DNA of 64,000 nt, taken from the NCBI GenBank assembly GCA_021731145.1, contig JAKFXX010000026.1:11196-75195 (forward strand). The letters run 5' to 3'. Under the pieces are notes generated by a model, which did not search any database, was not told the DNA's origin, and was given only the letters and a program-made list of their open reading frames with translations. The DNA comes from Gammaproteobacteria bacterium (GTDB taxonomy: Bacteria; Pseudomonadota; Gammaproteobacteria; Ga0077554; Ga007554). The position numbers and the translations under genes were made by a program. Of the stretch, positions 19,949 to 29,964 are shown in pieces (the first letter of the stretch is position 1; the number at the start of each line of letters is the position of its first letter).

Positions 19949-20602
19949 ATGATCCAGTTCACCAACGTCACCAAACGCTACCCCGGCGGCCATCAGGCTC
20001 TGAACAATGTCAGTTTCGAACTGAAGTCTGGGGAAATGGCCTTTCTCACCGGCCACTCCGGCGCGGGCAAAAGCACCCTGCTCAAGCTGATCACCTGTAT
20101 CGAGCGGCCCACCACTGGGCAGGTGATGGTCAACGGCAAGAATCTCGGCAAGCTGGGCCGTCGCCATGTCCCTGCGGTGCGGCGCCAGATCGGCATGATC
20201 TTTCAGGATCACAAGCTCATCAATGAGCGCACTGTGTTTGACAACGTGGCCCTGCCGCTGGTGATCGCCGGCCTGCACAACCACCCGGAAATCGCCCGCC
20301 GGGTGCGCGCCGCGCTCGACAAAGTGGGGCTGCTGGGCAAGGAAAAACAGTATCCGGTGACACTCTCCAGCGGCGAGCAGCAACGCGTCGGCATCGCCCG
20401 CGCTGTCGTCAACAAACCGGCGCTGCTGTTGGCCGACGAACCCACCGGCAACCTCGACCCCGATCTGGCGGCGGAGGTGATGGGATTGTTCGGGCAATTC
20501 AACCAGGTTGGCGTCACAGTGCTGATCGTCAGCCACAACGTCGACCTCATCACCCGCTTCCGTTCACGTATTCTGCACCTGGAAAAGGGCGGGCTGGTGT
20601 AG
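19949..20602 (+). CDS. ftsE: cell division ATP-binding protein FtsE
   Basis: GHSGAGKSTLLKL, LSSGEQQRVGIARA, ADEPTGNLD; ftsYEX order. Confidence 0.96.
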   Translation: MIQFTNVTKRYPGGHQALNNVSFELKSGEMAFLTGHSGAGKSTLLKLITCIERPTTGQVMVNGKNLGKLGRRHVPAVRRQIGMIFQDHKLINERTVFDNVALPLVIAGLHNHPEIARRVRAALDKVGLLGKEKQYPVTLSSGEQQRVGIARAVVNKPALLLADEPTGNLDPDLAAEVMGLFGQFNQVGVTVLIVSHNVDLITRFRSRILHLEKGGLV

Positions 20603-20652
20603 GGATGCCCACGCATTCTGCGACCAACAACTGAAAAGCCCATAACACATTG

Positions 20653-21573
20653 ATGCGCATAAAAAACTACTTTCTCAACCACCTCTACGCCTTCTTTTAC
20701 AGCCTGGGCCAGATCAGCCGTGCGCCACTGTCCAGCGTCATGACCGTAGTAGTGATCGGCATCACGCTGGCCTTTCCCGCCGGGCTGTATGCCGTGCTGA
20801 AAAATGCCCAGCAACTCAGCGCGGGCTGGGATGAGGTAGCGCAAATCTCGGTGTTTCTCAAAAAAGATGTGGGCGGACAGGCCTTGGACGATCTGGCAAA
20901 GCGTTTGCATGACAGGCCGGATATCGCCAAAATTACGACTGTCCCGGCGGCCAAGGCGCTGGAGGAATTCAGAAAACTTTCCGGTTTTGACGACGCCCTG
21001 CGCGCGCTGGAGGAAAATCCCCTGCCTTCTGTGCTGATAATCCAGCCGGCTGCGGGGTATGCTGACCCAACGGCCGTCGAACATTTACAGGTGTCGCTGC
21101 GAAAACTGCCGGAAGCGGACTTTGTCCAATTGGATCTCCAGTGGGTACAACGCCTGCACGCGGTGCTTGAAATTGCCAAACGCGGCGTGGAGATCCTCGC
21201 CGTGTTGCTGGGGCTGGCGGTGCTGCTGATTGTGGGAAATACCATCCGTTTGGGCGTCCAGAGCAACCGTGATGAAATCGCGATTACCAAACTGATCGGC
21301 GCCACCGATGGCTTCGTACGCCGCCCCTTTTTATATGCCGGGATCTGGTACGGACTACTGGGCGGTATCATTGCCTGGGGGCTGGTCAGTCTTGCGCTGC
21401 TGCTGCTCGATGAACCGGTGAGGAAGGTGTCGGCCCTGTATGACAGCACCTTCACCTTGGGTATGCTGGATGTCTGGACCACCCTGTTGCTGCTAACCTC
21501 GGGCACGCTGCTCGGCCTGCTTGGATCGTGGTTGGCGGTGGGCAAGCATTTGCGGGCGGTTGAACCTGATTGA
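20653..21573 (+). CDS. ftsX: cell division permease FtsX
   Basis: ENPLPS, LDLQWVQRL, VGNTIRL, KLIGATDGFVRRPFLY. Confidence 0.96.
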   Translation: MRIKNYFLNHLYAFFYSLGQISRAPLSSVMTVVVIGITLAFPAGLYAVLKNAQQLSAGWDEVAQISVFLKKDVGGQALDDLAKRLHDRPDIAKITTVPAAKALEEFRKLSGFDDALRALEENPLPSVLIIQPAAGYADPTAVEHLQVSLRKLPEADFVQLDLQWVQRLHAVLEIAKRGVEILAVLLGLAVLLIVGNTIRLGVQSNRDEIAITKLIGATDGFVRRPFLYAGIWYGLLGGIIAWGLVSLALLLLDEPVRKVSALYDSTFTLGMLDVWTTLLLLTSGTLLGLLGSWLAVGKHLRAVEPD

Positions 21574-21581
21574 CGGTACAT

Positions 21582-21608
21582 GGAACTTTTTCCGGGTTAG
21601 CACTCTAA
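21582..21608 (+). promoter_or_regulatory. possible sigmaE/ECF promoter of rpoH
   Basis: GGAACTT-N15-TCTAA; spacer is 1 nt shorter than canonical; overlaps the CIRCE. Confidence 0.45.
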
Positions 21609-21623
21609 CGATGGGAGTGCTAA
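21597..21623. promoter_or_regulatory. CIRCE element (HrcA operator)
   Basis: TTAGCACTC-TAACGATGG-GAGTGCTAA is a perfect CIRCE consensus upstream of rpoH. Confidence 0.95.
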
Positions 21624-21726
21624 TATTGGCGCCTACTTTGGGATTTATTGAGATAGATCAAATCATGGGACCGGAAAAACTGCTATATACACACCATAAC
21701 TCTAAAATGGAGAGGGGGGTACAGCA

Positions 21727-22584
21727 ATGAGCAAAACCATGCAGTTGGATTTAGTGTTGCCGCCAGTAGGCAGTATCGAGGCCTACACACAAGCGGTAGC
21801 ACGCATACCTATACTAACCGCGGAAGCTGAGCACGAACTCGCCCTGCGCCTGCGCAATGATAATGATCTGGATGCCGCCCGGCATCTGGTCATGTCGCAC
21901 CTACGCTTTGTAGTGCATGTCGCGCGCGGCTATAGCGGCTATGGCCTGGCGCAGGCGGACCTCATCCAGGAAGGCAACATCGGCCTGATGAAGGCGGTCA
22001 AACATTTTGACCCCACCATGAATGTGCGCCTGGTGTCGTTCGCCGTGCACTGGGTGCGCGCCGAAATGCACGAATTCATCCTGCGCAACTGGCGCATCGT
22101 GCGGGTGGCGACCACCAAGGCACAACGCAAGCTGTTCTTCAATCTGCGCAGCTCCAAGAAGCACCTCGGCTGGTTCAGCCGCGAGGAGGTCGATGCACTC
22201 GCCAAGAAATTGGACGTGAGTCCGGAAGTGGTGCGCGAAATGGAAATGCGCATGAACGGCTACGACGCCTCCTTCGACCCCTATACCGAGGATGAGGATG
22301 CCACATCTCCCAACATTGCCCCTGCGGCCTATCTGGCGGATGTGCAGTCTGACCCTTCGCTGATGCTGGAGAACAGCGATTGGGAGTCGAGCGGAACGGA
22401 GCGCTTGCGTAACGCCCTTACCGCGCTGGACAAGCGCAGCCAGGACATCCTTCAGCGCCGCTGGCTGGCCGATGACAAGGCCACTCTGCATGACCTGGCC
22501 GACAAATACCAGGTCTCGGCTGAGCGCATCCGCCAACTGGAAAAGAGCGCCATGAAAAAGCTCAAGCAGGCGCTGGAAGCTTAA
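21727..22584 (+). CDS. rpoH: RNA polymerase sigma-32 factor
   Basis: RpoH box [38 protein letters not shown]. Confidence 0.98.
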   Translation: MSKTMQLDLVLPPVGSIEAYTQAVARIPILTAEAEHELALRLRNDNDLDAARHLVMSHLRFVVHVARGYSGYGLAQADLIQEGNIGLMKAVKHFDPTMNVRLVSFAVHWVRAEMHEFILRNWRIVRVATTKAQRKLFFNLRSSKKHLGWFSREEVDALAKKLDVSPEVVREMEMRMNGYDASFDPYTEDEDATSPNIAPAAYLADVQSDPSLMLENSDWESSGTERLRNALTALDKRSQDILQRRWLADDKATLHDLADKYQVSAERIRQLEKSAMKKLKQALEA

Positions 22585-22686
22585 TCCACCCTCTCCCCAG
22601 CTCTCCCGCCTTGCGGGAGGGGGGAATATACACACCTGTGAATGGGAATCAGCATGACGCCGTAGCTTTGCCGTCATACTCCATAT

Positions 22687-22989
22687 TCACTCCAACCGTC
22701 CCGCCTCCAACACCGGCACCATCCAGTAGTGCAGGCCACTGCCGGCGAAATCACGTTTAAGCCCTTCGATAACTTCCCGCGCCACTTCCATGGGGAGGTG
22801 GCATCGAAACATCAGTTTGCGGCTTCGGCCTGTCACCTGTTCGGCCACGGTCAGGGGTTGATGTCCAGTACCGTGACCATTGACCTTCAGGCTCGTGAAA
22901 CCACTTACGCCCTCACAGGTAAGCAGCCAGTCCACCAGTGCGTCTTCGATTGCCGGGGTGGCGATAATCACAAGCAGGCATTCATTCAT
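22687..22989 (-). CDS. DUF3240-like (PII-like) protein
   Basis: LVDWLL...SGFT...GHG...EQVTGR...HYWMVPVLEAGRL; lies downstream of the RND pump gene. Confidence 0.75.
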   Translation of the reverse strand: MNECLLVIIATPAIEDALVDWLLTCEGVSGFTSLKVNGHGTGHQPLTVAEQVTGRSRKLMFRCHLPMEVAREVIEGLKRDFAGSGLHYWMVPVLEAGRLE

Positions 22990-23020
22990 GATGTTTTCCT
23001 CAATCAATCAGGCACGGGAT

Positions 23021-23073
23021 GTAGGGTGCGTCCCACGCCCCACAGGTGCCGTGGTGCGCACAGCGCACCCTAC
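23021..23073. repeat. GTAG-type REP pair
   Basis: GTAGGGTGCG ... GGTGCGCACAGCGCACCCTAC; related unit at 49107-49127. Confidence 0.8.
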
Positions 23074-23101
23074 AGCACTGGAAAAGCGTGAGGCAAACAT
23101 T

Positions 23102-26100
23102 TCAGCGTGACTCTCCGAAGCGCCGGTACAAAATCGGCAGCAATACCAGCGTAAGCAGGGTGGATGTGATCAGTCCGCCGATCACTACAATCGCCAGTGG
23201 GCGCTGGATTTCCGAGCCGGGGCCGGTGGCGAATAGCAGCGGCGCGAGGCCGAAGGCGGTGATCGACGCGGTCATCATTACCGGCCGCAGGCGGCGCCTG
23301 GCGCCTTCCACCACTACCTGCGCGAGCGCCATGCCTTGGGTGCGCAACTGGTTGAAGTAGCTCACCAGCACCACGCCGTTGAGCACGGCGATGCCGAGCA
23401 GGGCAATAAATCCTACCGAAGCAGGCACCGAGAGGTATTCGCCCGACAGCCACAGGGCGAACACGCCGCCGATCATGGCGAATGGGATGTTGGACAACAC
23501 CAGTATCGACTGACGCACTGAACCAAACGTGGAAAATAGCAGCAGGAAAATCAGGCCTATTGCCACCGGCACCACGATGGACAGACGCGCGGCGGCGCGT
23601 TGCTGGTTTTCGAATTGACCGCCCCATTCCAGATGGTAACCATTGGGCAATGGCACCCGTTGCGTGACCACGCGCCGCGCCTCCTCGACAAAGCCCACCA
23701 GGTCGCGGCCCTGCACGTTGGCGATCACAACCACCATACGTGCGGCGCGCTGGCGATCCACCTTCACCGGGCCTTCCACGCGCGTGAGTTTTGCCACGGT
23801 GGCAAGCGGCACATTGTGGCCATCGGGCAGGGTAATGAGCAGGTTGGCGAAGGTGGCGGGCGAACCCACGCCTGTGCGCAGAATCAGCGGGGTGCGGCGC
23901 ATACCCTCGTGGATGGTGCCTACCCGGTTGCCTTCAAGCTGGGCGCGCAGCGTGTTTTCCAGCTCATCGACGGAAAGGCCAAGGCGGCCCGCCGCCAAGC
24001 GGTCTATGTCGATCTTGAGAAACTGCATGCCTGCATTGCGGGTAGTGTAGACATCCTGGCTGCCTTTAATGGAACGTACCGCAGTGGCGATTTCTTCGGC
24101 CTTTTTGTTGAGGGTGTCGATGTCGGTGCCGAACAGTTTGATCGCGAGGTCGCCGCGCACGCCGATAATCATCTCCGAGACGCGCATCTCGATAGGCTGC
24201 GTGAAGTTGTAGACCAGGCCAGGGATGCCATCCATCACTTTGCGCAGCTCCTCGATCAACGCCTCCTTGCTCTTCATGCGCCACTGCTCGCGCGGTTTGA
24301 GCACGAGAAAGGTATCTGTCTGATTGAGGCCCATCGGGTCGAGTCCAATCTCGTCCGATCCCACTCGCGCAACAATGCCGGTCACCTCCGGCACGCGCTT
24401 CATGATCTCCTGCTGGATCTTGAGGTCGAGGGCGGCGGATTGCTCAAGCGTGATCGACGGTAGCTTCTCCACGCCAATGATAATGTCACCTTCATCCATG
24501 GTGGGCATGAAGGTCTTGCCGATTTGGGTATAAACCACGGCGGTGAGCGCCAATGCGACCAGCGCCACAGTGACAACGGTGCGCGTATGGGCCAGAGACC
24601 AATCGAGCAGCGGCGTGTACAGCCGGGCAAGGGTACGCACCAGCCAGGGGTCGCCGTGCCCCGTGCTCTTGAGCAGGAACGAGGCAATGACCGGGATCAC
24701 TGTGAGCGACAGCAGCAGCGAAGCGCTCAGGGCAAATACAATGGTGAGGGCCACCGGGCTGAACAGCTTGCCCTCCAGCCCTTGCAAGGTGAGCAACGGC
24801 AGGAACACGGTGATGATGATCAGGATGCCGGCGGTAACCGGCACCGCGACCTCGCGCACCGAGCGGTAGATCACATGCAGGCGCGGCAGGCGCACGGCCT
24901 GTTCATGGGCGAGATGCGCGACGCTGTTTTCCACGACGACCACCGCGGCATCGACCAGCATGCCGATGGCAATCGCCAGTCCGCCCAGGCTCATCAGATT
25001 GGCGGACATGCCGAATTGGCTCATCAGGATAAACGTGACCAGCGCGGCCAGGGGCAGCGCGAGGGCCACTGTCACAGCGGCGCGCAGGTTGCCGAGAAAC
25101 AGCACCAGCAGGATCACCACCAGCGCGATGGCCTCCAACAGCGCTTTCGCCACGGTAGTGACGGCGCGCTCCACCAGGTGGCCGCGATCATAAAAGACCT
25201 GGAGGTTGACGCCTGGCGGCAGGCTGGGCTTGATCTCGTCGAGTTTGGCGCGCACCCCCGCCACCACCTGCCGGGCGTTGGCGCCGCGCAGCCCCAGCAC
25301 CAGTCCCTGCACCGTCTCACTCTGACCATTGCGTGTCACTGCACCATAGCGTGTGAGCGCACCGATGCGCACCTCGGCAACATCCGCAACACGCACCGGC
25401 ACACCACGGTCGTTTTTGACCACGATGGCACGCGCGTCGTCGAGGGTTTTGATACGGCCCTCGGCACGCACAAGCAACGCCTCCTCGCCATCATTTATGC
25501 GCCCCGCGCCGTCATTGCGGTTGTTCGCCTCCAGCGCCTGTTGCAGCATTTGCAGGGTGACGCCGCGCGCGGTCATGCGCACGTTGTCCGGCGCCACTTC
25601 GAAGACGCGTGCCAACCCGCCCAGCACGTTCACATCGGCCACGCCCGGCACGGTACGTAGCGCCGGGCGTATCACCCAGTCGAGCAGGCTGCGCCGCTCC
25701 ATCAGTGACAGACCGCCGCCCTCGATGGTGAACATGAACATCTCGCCCAGCGGTGTGGTCAACGGCGCGATGCCGCCGCTGATGCCGGGTGGCAGGTCAC
25801 CCCGCACACTGTTGAAGCGCTCGGTCACCTGCTGGCGCGCCCAATAGATATCTGTGCCATCCGCAAAGTCCACAGTGACGTCGGTGATCGCGTATTTGGT
25901 CTCCGAGCGCAGCATGGTCTGATGGGGGATGCCCAGCATTTCCACCTCGATGGGCGCAGTGATACGCGCCTCCACCTCCTCGGGCGTCATGCCGGGGGCC
26001 TTGATGATGATCTTGACCTGGGTGGAGGATACATCCGGGAAGGCGTCGATGGGCAGGTTCTTGACGGCCAGCGCTCCGCCGCCCACCAGCAGCGCCACCA

Positions 26101-26155
26101 CCAGCATCATCAGCAGGCGCTGGGTCAGTGCGAATTGGATCAGGCGTGACAACAT
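23102..26155 (-). CDS. CzcA/CusA-family heavy-metal RND efflux pump
   Basis: LPIDAFPDVS, ANLMSLGGLAIAIGMLVDAAVVVVEN, RLRPVMMTA, GSEIQRPLAIVVIGG. Confidence 0.95.
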   Translation of the reverse strand: MLSRLIQFALTQRLLMMLVVALLVGGGALAVKNLPIDAFPDVSSTQVKIIIKAPGMTPEEVEARITAPIEVEMLGIPHQTMLRSETKYAITDVTVDFADGTDIYWARQQVTERFNSVRGDLPPGISGGIAPLTTPLGEMFMFTIEGGGLSLMERRSLLDWVIRPALRTVPGVADVNVLGGLARVFEVAPDNVRMTARGVTLQMLQQALEANNRNDGAGRINDGEEALLVRAEGRIKTLDDARAIVVKNDRGVPVRVADVAEVRIGALTRYGAVTRNGQSETVQGLVLGLRGANARQVVAGVRAKLDEIKPSLPPGVNLQVFYDRGHLVERAVTTVAKALLEAIALVVILLVLFLGNLRAAVTVALALPLAALVTFILMSQFGMSANLMSLGGLAIAIGMLVDAAVVVVENSVAHLAHEQAVRLPRLHVIYRSVREVAVPVTAGILIIITVFLPLLTLQGLEGKLFSPVALTIVFALSASLLLSLTVIPVIASFLLKSTGHGDPWLVRTLARLYTPLLDWSLAHTRTVVTVALVALALTAVVYTQIGKTFMPTMDEGDIIIGVEKLPSITLEQSAALDLKIQQEIMKRVPEVTGIVARVGSDEIGLDPMGLNQTDTFLVLKPREQWRMKSKEALIEELRKVMDGIPGLVYNFTQPIEMRVSEMIIGVRGDLAIKLFGTDIDTLNKKAEEIATAVRSIKGSQDVYTTRNAGMQFLKIDIDRLAAGRLGLSVDELENTLRAQLEGNRVGTIHEGMRRTPLILRTGVGSPATFANLLITLPDGHNVPLATVAKLTRVEGPVKVDRQRAARMVVVIANVQGRDLVGFVEEARRVVTQRVPLPNGYHLEWGGQFENQQRAAARLSIVVPVAIGLIFLLLFSTFGSVRQSILVLSNIPFAMIGGVFALWLSGEYLSVPASVGFIALLGIAVLNGVVLVSYFNQLRTQGMALAQVVVEGARRRLRPVMMTASITAFGLAPLLFATGPGSEIQRPLAIVVIGGLITSTLLTLVLLPILYRRFGESR

Positions 26156-27318
26156 CACTCGTGCCCCCCGCTGCCGCCCAATCCCATCCACGCGCCTTTC
26201 ACCGCCGCCACGCCGCGCACTACGACGCGCTCATCGCCACGCAGCGCGCCTGCAATTACGCTACGGCCATGCTGTTCGCTGACGATCTGTACGGGTTGGG
26301 CGCGGAAGCCCTGCGCGGTCTGCACGAAAATCATACTCTGCTTCGCGCTACGCGCCACGGCTGTAACAGGTACGCTATAACGCTGCCCAGCAGTGGGGGC
26401 GGTCAACTGCGCCTCGATGAACTGGCCTGGCCGCAGACTATCAGTGCCACGTGTGATCTCGGTGCGCAGCAGCACAGTCTGGTTTTCGGGGTCCACGTCA
26501 CGGCCGATCATGATCAGACGGCCCGATGCACTTGTCCCCCGGAGGGGAGGCTGCGCGCTGCCCTTCAGGGTAGATGCAGCGGGCACTTCCACCCCTTGGC
26601 CAACGCTCAGTCCGTTGACCCGCTCCTGCGGCACGCGCAACTCCAGCCACAGCGTATCCAGCCGTGCCATGCGGTAGAGCGGTTCGAGGCGATCCACGCG
26701 CTGCCCGGCCACCACCTTTTGTTCCAGCACGATCCCGGTGATGGGCGCTGTTATGGTGAGCGTACCGCTCAGTGCGCGTGTCTGCTCCAAGCGGCGCAAC
26801 GCGGCTTCATCCATCCCTGCCAGGCGCAAGGTTTGACGATGCTCGTTGAGTGCCGACGCCAATTCCTCGTGGCGGCTTTTGGTGGTCAGATAACGGCGCT
26901 CAGCGATGATGCCGTCCTTGAACAACTGCTCATCGCGCGCCAACTCAGACTGCGCCAGCCGCACCTGGGTCAGCGCCTGGAGATAGCTGCCTTGTTCTGT
27001 GACAAGCTCCGTGCTGCGGAGAGTGGCAAGGGCTTGCCCCTTGTTTACCTTGTCACCCACAGCGACCAGCAGCGCCTCCACCAGCCCGCTTTGGGAAGCG
27101 CTGACCACGCGCTCCTGCGCTGGCGGAATCACCACACGCGCCGGGAAGCGGCTGCTCAACACCACCGACGCCGGTTCCAGCGGCGCAACCATGATGCCCA
27201 GTGTCTTGAGTTGAGCGGGAGTGAAATGGATATCGTCAGTGGCCTGCGCCGCAGGGGAGGTCACTGTAATGGCTAGCAAACACGTCATTAACAGATAACA
27301 GGCTATTATTTTTTTCAT
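26155..27318 (-). CDS. CzcB-family RND periplasmic adaptor (with probable 16-aa in-frame insert)
   Basis: Signal peptide, lipoyl-like/hairpin architecture (VGDKVNKGQALA, ITAPITGIV), LRPGQF. Confidence 0.9.
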   Translation of the reverse strand: MKKIIACYLLMTCLLAITVTSPAAQATDDIHFTPAQLKTLGIMVAPLEPASVVLSSRFPARVVIPPAQERVVSASQSGLVEALLVAVGDKVNKGQALATLRSTELVTEQGSYLQALTQVRLAQSELARDEQLFKDGIIAERRYLTTKSRHEELASALNEHRQTLRLAGMDEAALRRLEQTRALSGTLTITAPITGIVLEQKVVAGQRVDRLEPLYRMARLDTLWLELRVPQERVNGLSVGQGVEVPAASTLKGSAQPPLRGTSASGRLIMIGRDVDPENQTVLLRTEITRGTDSLRPGQFIEAQLTAPTAGQRYSVPVTAVARSAKQSMIFVQTAQGFRAQPVQIVSEQHGRSVIAGALRGDERVVVRGVAAVKGAWMGLGGSGGHE

Positions 27319-28586
27319 GGTATTTCTCCAGCGGCCTGGTTATAGCGCGCGATATCTCTTTGTAATTGAAGTCCAAGCTGCTGTTCGCCGCGCTCTGCGG
27401 CAAATGCCAGGGTCTGCACGCGCAGCAGGGCCACCAGATCAATCTCGCCGATGGCAAAGGCCTTTTTCATCAGGCGCAGATTTTCCTGTGCCAGGCGGTT
27501 TTGCTCGACGGCCAGATCAAACTCGGCGCGCGCCAGCGCCAGGGCGTGCTCCGCCTCGTCCAGCGCCAGATCCAGCTCGCGCTTGAGCGCATCACGCGTA
27601 CTCTGTGCTTCGGATTGAGCTACCACCGAGGCGGCCAGCCGGGGGCCAGCATGAGCTGTGCTGTGCAGGGGCAGTGTCAGTGCGATGCCGACGCTGTCGT
27701 TACCCGCGCTTCTGAGCGTTGACTGCTCACGCCGGGCGCCCAGGGTAAGCAGGGGATTGCCGCGCCGCTCTTCCCTGGCCAGTTGTGTCTCGGCGGCGGC
27801 TTGCGCCACGCGGTTTTGACCATCGGCAAGCAAGGGGTGATCGTCAGTGACGGCGGTTTGCGTTGACGGGGCTTCGTTACGCTCCGCCGGCAACGCTTCG
27901 ACGCCTGTTAGCACCTCATAACGGTGCAGCGCGTGCTTGAGTTCGGTGTGGGCGCGCAGGTATTGCGCCTGGCGGCGTAGCGTTTCATCCTGTGCCAGCA
28001 ACAGATCGACCTTGGCCAGTTCGCCTGCCGTCATACGCTTGCGCACATCCTGCTCCAGCGCCTGTGCGGCACGCCATTGCTGCTCCGTCAGCGTCAGATC
28101 ATTTTCCATCAAGGCCACATCCCACAGGCGCTCGCGCACCTGCCCGGCCACCTCCAGCCGCAGGGCATGCTCCAAGGCCTTCAGCCCCATCCCCGCTTGA
28201 TCGGCGAGCGCCTTTCTCGCCTGTTTCTGTCCGAGCAGCCACAGCGGCATCTGGACGCCGCCCTCCCACTCGGTCAGCCCATCCCGGCTGCCTATCTGGT
28301 CGGTCTGGTGGCGCAATATCAACGCCGTGGGGCCTGCCAGCGGGTTGCCCGCCTGGCGGCGCAGCGCATCCACCTGCGCACCACGCGGCGCGATCACCTG
28401 CTGGCGCGGGTAACGCTCAAAGGCTTGCTGCGTCACATCATGCAGCGTCAGGCGCGGGTCCACCACCACACGGATGGCGTCTTCGGCAGGCACCACCGCC
28501 AAGGCATGTCCCGTCAGGCAGGCCCAAAGCACCATACCCCACATAGGGGCATACGACGTCGCGCCCCGCAAGGGCATCAATCGCAT
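27315..28586 (-). CDS. CzcC/TolC-family outer-membrane efflux protein
   Basis: Signal peptide, helical repeats, AFAIGEIDLVALL; operon position. Confidence 0.88.
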   Translation of the reverse strand: MRLMPLRGATSYAPMWGMVLWACLTGHALAVVPAEDAIRVVVDPRLTLHDVTQQAFERYPRQQVIAPRGAQVDALRRQAGNPLAGPTALILRHQTDQIGSRDGLTEWEGGVQMPLWLLGQKQARKALADQAGMGLKALEHALRLEVAGQVRERLWDVALMENDLTLTEQQWRAAQALEQDVRKRMTAGELAKVDLLLAQDETLRRQAQYLRAHTELKHALHRYEVLTGVEALPAERNEAPSTQTAVTDDHPLLADGQNRVAQAAAETQLAREERRGNPLLTLGARREQSTLRSAGNDSVGIALTLPLHSTAHAGPRLAASVVAQSEAQSTRDALKRELDLALDEAEHALALARAEFDLAVEQNRLAQENLRLMKKAFAIGEIDLVALLRVQTLAFAAERGEQQLGLQLQRDIARYNQAAGEIP

Positions 28587-28686
28587 AAAATCTCTCTCAT
28601 TAAATAAAATGAATTACCGCCGCCGCACCCGCAAGGTAACGGCAACACACCATCAGCAGGATATCCTGACAGAGGTTAAGGCAGGC

Positions 28687-29115
28687 TTAAATGAACGGGG
28701 GAGCGCGCGGCGCGCAAGGGGAGGTGTGAGGGCAGGGCCGGAATGACGGAACGTCGCTCAGGACAAGGTGTTGCAACACCACAGGAGCCGGAAACTCCGG
28801 AATGGAGGGAGGAATGCCAGCGGGTGGGTTCTTCTTGGCCTTGAACGGCGGAATCTCAGCCAGACCACCTTCGATGCCGATGGACATTCCGGCGGCGGCA
28901 GGCATTGCACCAATGGCTGAAGCATCAGCCGCGCTGACGCCATGGTCAACACCACCCTTTTTCAGATGGACAGGCAGCACATGGATATGCACCCCCATCG
29001 CAGAGGCCGGACCATCGCCGTCATCACCGCCCACATGCGCATGGACCAACGGAAACATCGCCTGGATGGCCACGATCCAGAAAATCAGAATCAAATTGGT
29101 GCAGCGTTTCAACAT
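28687..29115 (-). CDS. His-motif exported leader protein with C-terminal RAPP (DUF2946/CzcI/CutF-like)
   Basis: N-terminal hydrophobic helix, PLVHAH and GVHIH motifs, ends CPHTSPCAPRAPPFI; 100 nt upstream of the czcC-like gene. Confidence 0.7.
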   Translation of the reverse strand: MLKRCTNLILIFWIVAIQAMFPLVHAHVGGDDGDGPASAMGVHIHVLPVHLKKGGVDHGVSAADASAIGAMPAAAGMSIGIEGGLAEIPPFKAKKNPPAGIPPSIPEFPAPVVLQHLVLSDVPSFRPCPHTSPCAPRAPPFI

Positions 29116-29178
29116 CGAATGCGTATCGCCTGGATGCCTTGGAACAAAGCGGATGCTTTACACTGTACCATAGCCACC

Positions 29179-29964
29179 CTATTTTAAAATAGGCAGACCA
29201 GCACCCGCCCCGGCAAGGGGCATTTCCAGGGTATGAATCTTGTTCGTATCCTTTTCCACCAGTTGCAGGCGCAACAGCTTGGCCGTAGCCGCTTCGCCAG
29301 GGAAGAAGATAAACCCGTAAGCGAGATCGCCAGGACGCACCGGCTTGTTCTGCAACGACTTGTCACGGAAGTCATCCATCACCCGGCCACGCGCCTCATC
29401 CGCCGAAGCCATGCCACCCGCACCTCCAAGCACCGCTCCCGCAGCTACGCCCGTTGCGGCACCTCTTCCGGCACTGCTGGCGACATCCTCACCCGTAACC
29501 ACGCCCACCGCAGCACCCACCAAGGCGCCCGCCACGCCGCCGAGAAAACCGCCGTAGGCACCTTCGCTAAAGATCTTTTTGGTCTGCGCATACTTGGTAA
29601 CCCGCTCGTAGGCGAAACGGTCCTGCAATACCGGCCAGAGCTTGCCATCGCCATCCACCAAAAAGGTCTGACCCGGATTAATCGCCAGCGGACTCGAACC
29701 CTTATTGTCAAACACCACCTGTACCGGCAGCAGACCCGCGCCGCGCACGTCGAACCCAAAGGCTTGCCCCGCCTTGTCCTTGTCAGCATAGGCCTCGGCA
29801 CCGACCGTCGCCCCGGCGACCACCGTGGCATTGGAATACTGGGAAGGCAAGAGAAAAGGCAACGGCTGGGCCTTATACGCTGTCGCGCACGCGGCAAGGG
29901 CTGCTGACAAACCCACCGCAATGAAAAATGAGAATCCTTTTCTTCCTAACGGCACATATCGCAT
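29179..29964 (-). CDS. glycine-zipper lipoprotein, hypothetical
   Basis: Lipobox LAAC; GxxxG repeats; GFIFFPGEA. Confidence 0.78.
   Translation of the reverse strand: MRYVPLGRKGFSFFIAVGLSAALAACATAYKAQPLPFLLPSQYSNATVVAGATVGAEAYADKDKAGQAFGFDVRGAGLLPVQVVFDNKGSSPLAINPGQTFLVDGDGKLWPVLQDRFAYERVTKYAQTKKIFSEGAYGGFLGGVAGALVGAAVGVVTGEDVASSAGRGAATGVAAGAVLGGAGGMASADEARGRVMDDFRDKSLQNKPVRPGDLAYGFIFFPGEAATAKLLRLQLVEKDTNKIHTLEMPLAGAGAGLPILK

Noticed and set aside
22588-22626. CCCTCTCCC...GGGAGG hairpin after rpoH as a novel element
   Set aside because: Adequately explained as a terminator-like hairpin or common short palindromic repeat.
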